From Eledone cirrhosa (Eukaryota), in the NCBI GenBank assembly GCA_964016885.1, contig CAXHJY010001477.1:310001-374000 (forward strand): a DNA stretch of 64,000 bases, given 5' to 3'. Every line of letters starts with the position of its first letter. Position 1 is the stretch's first letter. This document shows, piece after piece, positions 53,001 through 64,000 of this stretch. The translations under genes were made by a program, and so were the position numbers. The notes beneath the pieces were generated by a model that saw nothing but the letters and a program-made list of their open reading frames with translations, ran no database searches and had not been told where the DNA came from.

Positions 53001-56000
53001 AGAAGGATAAATCACACCTGAGTTTGTTAAATTAATCAATCACATGAAGAAGGATAAATCACACCTGAGTTTCTTAAATTAATCTAATACCTGAAGAAGG
53101 ATAAATCACACCTGAGTTTATTAAATTAATCTATCACCTGAAGAAGGATAAATCACACCTGAGTTTGTTAAATTAATCTATCACATGAAGACGGATAAAT
53201 AATACCCGAGTTTCTTAAATTAATCTATCACCTGAAGAAGGATAAATCACACCTGAGTTTGTTAAATTAATCAATCACCTGAAAAAGTATAAATCACACC
53301 AGAGTTTCTTAAATTAATCTATCACCTGAAGAAGGATAAATCATATCTGAGTTTCTTAAATTAATCTATCACCTGAAGAAGGATAAATCACACCCAAGTT
53401 TGTTAACTTAATCTATCACCTGAAGAAGGATAAATCACACCTGAGTTTCTTAAATTAATCTATCACCTGAAGAAGGAGAAATCACACCCGAGTTTCTTAA
53501 CTTAATCTATCACACGAAGAAGGATAAATCACACCTGAGTTTCTTAAATTAATCTATCACCTGAAGAAGGATAAATCACACCTGAGTTTGTTAAATTAAT
53601 CTATCACCTGAAGAAGGATAAATCACACCTGAGTTTGTTAAATTAATCTATCACCTGAAGAAGGATAAATCACACCTGAGTTTATTAAATTAATCTATGA
53701 CCTGAAAATAGATAAATAACACCTGAGTTTGTTAAATTAATCTATCACCTGAAGAAGGATAAATCACACCTGAGTTTATTAAATTAGTCTATCACCTGAA
53801 GATGGATAATTAACACCTGATTTTCTTAAATTAATCTATCACCTGAAGAAGGATAAATCACAACTCAGTTTGTTAAATTAATCAATCACCTGAAGAAGGA
53901 TAAATCACACCTGAGTTTGTTAAATTAATCAATCACATGAAGAAGGATAAATCACACCTGAGTTTCTTAAATTAATCTAATACCTGAAGAAGGATAAATC
54001 ACACCTGAGTTTATTAAATTAATCTATCACCTGAAGAAGGATAAATCACACCTGAGTTTGTTAAATTAATCTATCACATGAACACGGATAAATAATACCC
54101 GAGTTTCTTAAATTAATCTATCACCTGAAGAAGGATAAATCACACCTGAGTTTGTTAAATTAATCAATCACCTGAAAAAGTATAAATCACACCAGAGTTT
54201 CTTAAATTAATCTATCACCTGAAGAAGGATAAATCATATCTGAGTTTCTTAAATTAATCTATCACCTGAAGAAGGATAAATCACACCCAAGTTTGTTAAC
54301 TTAATCTATCACCTGAAGAAGGATAAATCACACCTGAGTTTCTTAAATTAATCTATCACCTGAAGAAGGAGAAATCACACCCGAGTTTCTTAACTTAATC
54401 TATCACACGAAGAAGGATAAATCACACCTGAGTTTCTTAAATTAATCTATCACCTGAAGAAGGATAAATCACACCTGAGTTTGTTAAATTAATCTATCAC
54501 CTGAAGAAGGATAAATCACACCTGAGTTTCTTAAATTAATCTATCACCTGAAGAAGGATAAATCACACCAGAGTTTCTTAAATTAATCTATCACATGAAG
54601 AAGGATAAATCATATCTGAGTTTCTTAAATTAATCTATCACCTGAAGAAGGATAAATCACACCCAAGTTTGTTAACTTAATCTATCACCTGAAGAAGGAT
54701 AAATCACACCTGAGTTTGTTAAATTAATCTAACACCCGAAGAAGCATAAATCACACCTGAGTTTCTTAAATTAATCTATCACCTGAAGAAGGATAAATCA
54801 CACCTGAGTTTGTTAAATTAATCTATCACCTGAAGAAGGATAAATCACACCTGAGTTTATTAAATTAATCTATGACCTGAAAATAGATAAATAACACCTG
54901 AGTTTGTTAAATTAATCTATCACCTGAAGAAGGATAAAACACAACTGAGTTTATTAAATTAATCTATCACCTGAAGATGGATAATTAACACCTGAGTTTC
55001 TTAAATTAATCTATCACCTGAAGAAGGATAAATCACAACTCAGTTTGTTAAATTAATCAATCACCTGAAGAAGTATAAATCACACCTGAGTTTGTTAAAT
55101 TAATCAATCACATGAAGAAGGATAAATCACACCTGAGTTTGTTAAATTAATCTATCACCTGAAGGATAAATCAGACCTGAGTTTCTTAAATTAATCTAAT
55201 ACCTGAAGAAGGATAAATCACACCTGAGTTTATTAAATTAATCTATCACCTGAAGAAGGATAAATTGACACCTGAGTTTGTTAAATTAATCTATCACCTG
55301 AAGAAGGATAAAACACACCCAAGTTTGTTAACTTAATCTATCACCTGAAGAAGGATAAATCACACCTGAGTTTGTTAAATTAATCTAACACCCGAAGAAG
55401 CATAAATCACACCTGAGTTTCTTAAATTAATCTATCACCTGAAGAAGGAGAAATCACACCCGAGTTTCTTAACTTAATCTATCACACGAAGAAGGATAAA
55501 TCACACCTGAGTTTCTTAAATTAATCTATCACCTGAAGAAGGATAAATCACACCTGAGTTTGTTAAATTAATCTATCACCTGAAGAAGGATAAATCACAC
55601 CTGAGTTTCTTAAATTAATCTATCACCTGAAGAAGGATAAATCACACCAGAGTTTCTTAAATTAATCTATCACATGAAGAAGGATAAATCATATCTGAGT
55701 TTCTTAAATTAATCTATCACCTGAAGAAGGATAAATCACACCCAAGTTTGTTAACTTAATCTATCACCTGAAGAAGGATAAATCACACCTGAGTTTGTTA
55801 AATTAATCTAACACCCGAAGAAGCATAAATCACACCTGAGTTTCTTAAATTAATCTATCACCTGAAGAAGGATAAATCACACCTGAGTTTGTTAAATTAA
55901 TCTATCACCTGAAGAAGGATAAATCACACCTGAGTTTATTAAATTAATCTATGACCTGAAAATAGATAAATAACACCTGAGTTTGTTAAATTAATCTATC

Positions 56001-59000
56001 ACCTGAAGGATAAATCAGACCTGAGTTTCTTAAATTAATCTAATACCTGAAGAAGGATAAATCACACCTGAGTTTATTAAATTAATCTATCACCTGAAGA
56101 AGGATAAATCACACCTGAGTTTGTTAAATTAATCAATCACATGAAGAAGGATAAATCACACCTGAGTTTGTTAAATTAATCTATCACCTGAAGGATAAAT
56201 CAGACCTGAGTTTCTTAAATTAATCTAATACCTGAAGAAGGATAAATCACACCTGAGTTTATTAAATTAATCTATCACCTGAAGAAGGATAAATCACACC
56301 TGAGTTTGTTAAATTAATCTATCACATGAAGACGGATAAATAATACCCGAGTTTCTTAAATTAATCTATCACCTGAAGAAGGATAAATCACACCTGAGTT
56401 TGTTAAATTAATCAATCACCTGAAGAAGTATAAATCACACCCGAGTTTCTTAACTTAATCTATCACACGAAGAAGGATAAATCACACCTGAGTTTCTTAA
56501 ATTAATCTATCACCTGAAGAAGAATAAATCATACCTGAGTTTCTTAAATTAATCTATCACCTGAAGAAAGATAAATCACACCTGAGTTTGTTAAATTAAT
56601 CTATCACCTGAAGAAGGATAAATCACACCTGAGTTTCTTAAATTAATCTATCACCTGAAGAAGGATAAATCACACCAGAGTTTCTTAAATTTATGTATAA
56701 CCTGAAGAAGGATAAATAACATCTGAGTTTATTAAAATTATTCTATCACCTGAAGAAGGATAAATCACACATGAGTTTGTTAAATTAATCTAACACCCGA
56801 AGATAGATAAATAACACCTGAGATTGTTAAATTACTCTATCACCTGAAGAAGGATAAATCACACCTGAGTTTATTAAATTAATCTATCACCTGAAGATGG
56901 ATAATTAACACCTGAGTTTCTTAAATTAATCTATCACCTGAAGAAGGATAAATCACAACTGAGTTTGTTAAATTAATCAATCACCTGAAGAAGGATAAAT
57001 CACACCTGAGTTTCTTAAATTAATCAATCACATGAAGAAGGATAAATCACACCTGAGTTTGTTAAATTAATCTATCACCTGAGTTTCTTAAATTAATCTA
57101 TCACCTGAAGAAGGATAAATCACACCTGAGTTTGTTAAATTAATCTATCACCTGAAGAAGGATAAATCACACCTGAGTTTATTAAATTAATCTATGACCT
57201 GAAAATAGATAAATAACACCTGAGTTTGTTAAATTAATCTATCACCTGAAGAAGGATAAATCACAACTGAGTTTATTAAATTAATCTATCACCTGAAGAT
57301 GGATAATTAACACCTGAGTTTCTTAAATTAATCTATCACCTGAAGAAGGATAAATCACAACTCAGTTTGTTAAATTAATCAATCACCTGAAGAAGTATAA
57401 ATCACACCTGTGTTTGTTAAATTAATCAATCACATGAAGAAGGATAAATCACACCTGAGTTTGTTAAATTAATCTATCACCTGAAGGATAAATCAGACCT
57501 GAGTTTCTTAAATTAATCTAATACCTGAAGAAGGATAAATCACACCTGAGTTTATTAAATTAATCTATCACCTGAAGAAGGATAAATCACACCTGAGTTT
57601 GTTAAATTAATCTATCACATGAAGACGGATAAATAATACCCGAGTTTCTTAAATTAATCTATCACCTGAAGAAGGATAAATCACACCTGAGTTTGTTAAA
57701 TTAATCAATCACCTGAAGAAGTATAAATCACACCAGAGTTTCTTAAATTAATCTATCACCTGAAGAAGGATAAATCACACCTGAGTTTGTTAAATTAATC
57801 TATCACATGAAGACGGATAAATAACACCCGAGTTTCTTAAATTAATCTATCACCTGAAGAAGGATAAATCACACCTGAGTTTGTTAAATTAATCAATCAC
57901 CTGAAGAAGTATAAATCACACCAGAGTTTCTGAAATTAATCTATCACCTGAAGGATAAATCACACCTGAGTTTCTTAAATTAATCTATCACCTGAAGAAG
58001 GATAAATCACACCCAAGTTTGTTAACTTAATCTATCACCTGAGTTTTTTAAATTAATCTATCACCTGAAGAAGGAGAAATCACACCCGAGTTTCTGAACT
58101 TAATCTATCACACGAAGAAGGATAAATCACACCTGAGGTTCTTAAATTAATCTATCACCTGAAGAAGGATAAATCACACCCGAGTTTGTTAACATAATCT
58201 ATCACACGAAGAAGGATAAATCACACCTGAGGTTCTTAAATTAATCTATCACCTGAAGAAGAATAAATCACACCAGAGTTTCTTAAATTAATCTATCACC
58301 TGAAGAAGGATAAATCATGTCTGAGTTTCTTAAATTAATTTATCACCTGAAGAAGGAGAAATCACACCCAAGTTTGTTAACTTAATCTATCACCTGAAGA
58401 AGGATAAATCACACCTGAGTTTGTTAAATTAATCTATCACCTGAAGAAGCATACATCACACCCGAGTTTGTTAAATTAATCTATCACCTGAAGAAGGATA
58501 AATCACACCTGAGTTTGTTAAATTAATCTATCACCTGAAGAAGGATAAATAACACCTGAGTTTATTAAATTAATCTATTACCTGAAGAAGGATAAATCAC
58601 ACCTGAGTTTGTTAAATTAATCTATCACATGAAGACGGATAAATAACACCCGAGTTTCTTAAATTAATCTATCACCTGAAGAAGGATAAATCACACCTGA
58701 GTTTTTCATATTAATCAATCACCTGAAGAAGCATAAATCACACCCGAGTTTGTTAAATTAATCTATCACCTGAAGAAGGAGAAATCACACCCGAGTTTGT
58801 TAACATAATCTATCACCTGAAGAAGGATAATTAACACCTGAGTTTCTGAAATTAATCTATCACCTGAAGGAGAATAAATCACACCTGAGTTTCTTAAATT
58901 AGTCTATCACCTGAAGAAGGATAAATCACACCAGAGTTTCTTAAATTAATCTATCACCTGAAGAAGGATAAATCACACCTGAGTTTGTTAAATTAATCAA

Positions 59001-62000
59001 TCACCTGAAGAAGGAGAAATCACACCTGACTTTGTTAAATTAATCTATCACCTGAAGAAGTATAAATCACACCAGAGTTTCTTTAATTAATCTATCACCT
59101 GAAGAAGGATAAATCACACCTGAGTTTCTTAAATTAATCAATCACCTGAAGAAGTATAAATCACACCAGAGTTTCTTAAATTAATCTATCATCCCAAGAA
59201 GGATAAATCACGTCTGAGCTTCTTAAATTAATCTATCACCTGAAGAAGGATAAATCACACCCGAGTTTGTTAACATAATCTATCACCTGAAGAAGGATAA
59301 ATCACGTCTGAGTTTCTTAAATTAATCTATCACCTGAAGAAGGATAAATCACACCCAAGTTTGTTAACTTAATCTATCACCCGAAGAAGGATAAATCACA
59401 CCTGAGTTTCTTAAATTAATCTATCACCTGAAGACGGATAAATAACACCCGAGTTTCTTAAATTAATCTATCACCTGAAGAAGGATAAATCACACCTGAG
59501 TTTCTTAAATTAATCAATCACCTGAAGAAGTATAAATCACACCAGAGTTTCTTAAATTAATCTATCACCTGAAGAAGGATAAATCATACCTGAGTTTGTT
59601 AAATTAATCTATCACCTGAAGAAGGATAAATAACACCCGAGTTTCTTAAATTAATCTATCACCTGAAGAAGGATAAATCACACCTGAGTTTGTTAAATTA
59701 ATCTATCACCTGAAGAAGGAGAAATCACACCCGAGTTTCTGAACTTAATCTATCACACGAAGAAGGATAAATCACACCTGAGGTTCTTAAATTAATCTAT
59801 CACCTGAAGAAGAATAAATCACACCAGAGTTTCTTAAATTAATCTATCACCTGAAGAAGGATAAATCATGTCTGAGTTTCTTAAATTAATCTATCACCTG
59901 AAGAAGGAGAAATCACACCCAAGTTTGTTAACTTAATCTATCACCTGAAGAAGGATAAATCACACCTGAGTTTCTTAAATTAATCTATCACCTGAAGAAG
60001 CATAAATCACACCCGAGTTTGTTAAATTAATCTATCACCTGAAGAAGGATAAATCACACCTGAGTTTGTTAAATTAATCTATCACCTGAAGAAGGATAAA
60101 TAACACCTGAGTTTATTAAATTAATCTATCACCTGAAGAAGGATAAATCACACCTGAGTTTGTTAAATTAATCTATCACATGAAGACGGATAAATAACAC
60201 CCGAGTTTCTTAAATTAATCTATCACCTGAAGAAGGATAAATCACACCCGAGTTTTTCATATTAATCAATCACCTGAAGAAGCATAAATCACACCCGAGT
60301 TTGTTAAATTAATCTATCACCTGAAGAAGGAGAAATCACACCCGAGTTTGTTAACATAATCTATCACCTGAAAAAAGGATAAATCACACCTGAGTTTCTG
60401 AAATTAATCTATCACCTGAAGGAGAATAAATCACACCTGAGTTTCTTAAATTAGTCTATCACCTGAAGAAGGATAAATCACACCACAGTTTCTTAAATTA
60501 ATCTATCACCTGAAGAAGGATAAATCACACCTGAGTTTGTTAAATTAATCAATCACCTGAAGAAGGAGAAATCACACCTGACTTTGTCAAATTAATCTAT
60601 CACCTGAAGAAGTATAAATCACACCAGAGTTTCTTTAATTAATCTATCACCTGAAGAAGGATAAATCACACCTGAGTTTCTTAAATTAATCAATCACCTG
60701 AAGAAGTATAAATCACACCAGAGTTTCTTAAATTAATCTATCACCCCAAGAAGGATAAATCACGTCTGAGCTTCTTAAATTAATCTATCACCCGAAGAAG
60801 GATAAATCACACCCGAGTTTGTTAACATAATCTATCACCTGAAGAAGGATAAATCACGTCTGAGTTTCTTAAATTAATCTATCAGCTGAAGAAGAATAAA
60901 TCACACCTGAGTTTCTTAAATTAATCTATCACCTGAAGAAGGCTAAATCATGTCTGATTTTCTTAAATTAATCTATCACCTGAAGAAGGAGAAATCACAC
61001 CCAAGTTTGTTAACTTAATCTATCACCTGAAGAAGGAGAAATCACACCTGAGTTTGTTAAATTAATCTATCACCTGAAGAAGGATAAACCACACCCGAGT
61101 TTCTTAAATTAATCTATCACCTGAAGAAGCATAAATCACACCCGAGTTTGTTAAATTAATCTATCACCCGAAGAAGGATAAATCACACCTGAGTTTGTTA
61201 AATTAATCTATCACCTGAAGAAGGATAAATCACACCTGAGTTTATTAAATTAATCTATCACATGAAGACGGATAAATAACACCCGAGTTTCTTAAATTAA
61301 TCTATCACCTGAAGAAGGATAAATCACACCCGAGTTTTTTATATTAATCAATCACCTGAAGAAGCATAAATCACACCCGAGTTTGTTAAATTAATCTATC
61401 ACCTGAAGAAGGAGAAATCACACCCGAGTTTGTTAACATAATCTATCACCTGAAGAAGGATAAATCACACCTGAGTCTCTGAAATTAATCTATCACCTGA
61501 AGGAGAATAAAGCACATCTGAGTTTCTTAAATTAGTCTATCACCTGAAGAAGGATAAATCACACCAGAGTTTCTTAAATTAATCTATCACCTGAAGAAGG
61601 ATAAATCACACCTGAGTTTGTTAAATTAATCAATCACCTGAAGAAGTATAAATCACACCAGAGTTTCTTAAATTAATCTATCACCTGAAGAAGGATAAAT
61701 CACACCTGAGTTTCTGAAATTAATCTATCACCTGAAGAAGGATAAATAACATCTGAGTTTCTTAAAATTAATCTATCACCTGAAGAAGGATAAATAACAC
61801 CTGACTTTGTTAAATTAATCTATCACCTGAAGAAGTATAAATCACACCAGAGTTTCTTTAATTAATCTATCACCTGAAGAAGGATAAATCACACCTGAGT
61901 TTGTTAAATTAATCTATCACATGAAGACGGATAAATAACACCCGAGTTTCTTAAATTAATCTATCACCTGAAGAAGGATAAATCGCACCCGAGTTTGTTA

Positions 62001-64000
62001 ACATAATCTATCACCTGAAGAAGGATAAATCACGTCTGAGTTTCTTAAATTAATCTATCACCTGAAGAAGGATAAATCACACCCAAGTTTGTTAACTTAA
62101 TCTATCACCCGAAGAAGGATAAATCACACCTGAGTTTCTTAAATTAATCTATCACCTGAAGACGGATAAATAACACCCGAGTTTCTTAAATTAATCTATC
62201 ACCTGAAGAAGGATAAATCACACCTGAGTTTCTTAAATTAATCTATCACCTTAAGAAGGATAAATCATACCTGAGTTTGTTAAATTAATCTATCACCTGA
62301 AGAAGGATAAATAACACCCGAGTTTCTTAAATTAATCTATCACCTGAAGAAGGATAAATCACACCTGAGTTTGTTAAATTAATCTATCACCTGAAGAAGG
62401 AGAAATCACACCCGAGTTTCTGAACTTAATCTATCACACGAAGAAGGATAAATCACACCTGAGGTTCTTAAATTAATCTATCACCTGAAGAAGTATAAAT
62501 CACACCAGAGTTTCTTAAATTAATCTATCACCTGAAGAAGGATAAATCATGTCTGAGTTTCTTAAATTAATCTATCACCTGAAGAAGGAGAAATCACACC
62601 CAAGTTTGTTAACTTAATCTATCACCTGAAGAAGGATAAATCACACCTGAGTTTCTTAAATTAATCTATCACCTGAAGAAGCATAAATCACACCCGAGTT
62701 TGTTAAATTAATCTATCACCTGAAGAAGGATAAATCACACCTGAGTTTGTTAAATTAATCTATCACCTGAAGAAGGATAAATAACACCTGAGTTTATTAA
62801 ATTAATCTATCACCTGAAGAAGGATAAATCACACCTGAGTTTGTTAAATTAATCTATCACATGAAGACGGATAAATAACACCCGAGTTTCTTAAATTAAT
62901 CTATCACCTGAAGAAGGATAAATCACACCCGAGTTTTTCATATTAATCAATCACCTGAAGAAGCATAAATCACACCCGAGTTTGTTAAATTAATCTATCA
63001 CCTGAAGAAGGAGAAATCACACCCGAGTTTGTTAACATAATCTATCACCTGAAGAAGGATAAATCACACCTGAGTTTCTGAAATTAATCTATCACCTGAA
63101 GGAGAATAAATCACACCTGAGTTTCTTAAATTAGTCTATCACCTGAAGAAGGATAAATCACACCAGAGTTTCTTAAATTAATCTATCACCTGAAGAAGGA
63201 TAAATCACACCTGAGTTTGTTAAATTAATCAATCACCTGAAGAAGGAGAAATCACACCTGACTTTGTCAAATTAATCTATCACCTGAAGAAGTATAAATC
63301 ACACCAGAGTTTCTTTAATTAATCTATCACCTGAAGAAGGATAAATCACACCTGAGTTTCTTAAATTAATCAATCACCTGAAGAAGTATAAATCACACCA
63401 GAGTTTCTTAAATTAATCTATCACCCCAAGAAGGATAAATCACGTCTGAGCTTCTTAAATTAGTCTATCACCTGAAGAAGGATAAATCACACCCGAGTTT
63501 GTTAACATAATCTATCACCTGAAGAAGGATAAATCACGTCTGAGTTTCTTAAATTAATCTATCACCTGAAGAAGAATAAATCACACCTGAGTTTCTTAAA
63601 TTAATCTATCACCTGAAGAAGGCTAAATCATGTCTGATTTTCTTAAATTAATCTATCACCTGAAGAAGGAGAAATCACACCCAAGTTTGTTAACTTAATC
63701 TATCACCTGAAGAAGGAGAAATCACACCTGAGTTTGTTAAATTAATCTATCACCTGAAGAAGGATAAACCACACCCGAGTTTCTTAAATTAATCTATCAC
63801 CTGAAGAAGCATAAATCACACCCGAGTTTGTTAAATTAATCTATCACCCGAAGAAGGATAAATCACACCTGAGTTTGTTAAATTAATCTATCACCTGAAG
63901 AAGGATAAATCACACCTGAGTTTATTAAATTAATCTATCACATGAAGACGGATAAATAACACCCGAGTTTCTTAAATTAATCTATCACCTGAAGAAGGAT
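47016..64000 (+). repeat. AT-rich 47-bp tandem satellite (about 360 copies)
   Basis: Consensus atcacacctgagttt(g/c/a)ttaaattaatctatcacctgaagaaggataa. Period 47 (e.g. 47581 to 47628), head-to-tail, no spacers, truncated by the right window edge. Confidence 0.99.

Noticed and set aside
47016-64000. CRISPR-like array
   Set aside because: Repeats are contiguous with no unique spacers, there are no cas genes, and the context is eukaryotic with spliceosomal introns.

Overview
Eukaryotic, repeat-dominated window. The interspersed repeats resemble octopus/cephalopod SINE and RTE families (recognised from memory, not searched). About 93% of it is two tandem arrays: a 90/86-bp satellite (1-~42421, roughly 480 monomers, open at the left edge) and a 47-bp satellite (~47016-64000, roughly 360 monomers, open at the right edge). 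Between them is a 4.6-kb unique island with three phase-compatible GT-AG exons on the minus strand (46386-46468, 45279-45354, 43018-43186). They encode the C-terminal half of a PDZ domain plus an acidic/Ser-rich linker, most similar to PDZD8. Both satellites therefore appear to lie inside giant introns of a conserved protein-coding gene. The 90-bp monomer is exactly 30 codons of an RTE-clade LINE ORF and runs in frame into the rest of that element's 3' end, so the satellite is still attached to its seed. On the gene's sense strand, the 47-bp monomer carries an acceptor-like and a donor-like CAG|GT site around a 26-nt segment with stops in all three frames. Both arrays show nested higher-order repeats. 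All supplied ORFs are spurious except that 46205..46660 overlaps one exon in frame.
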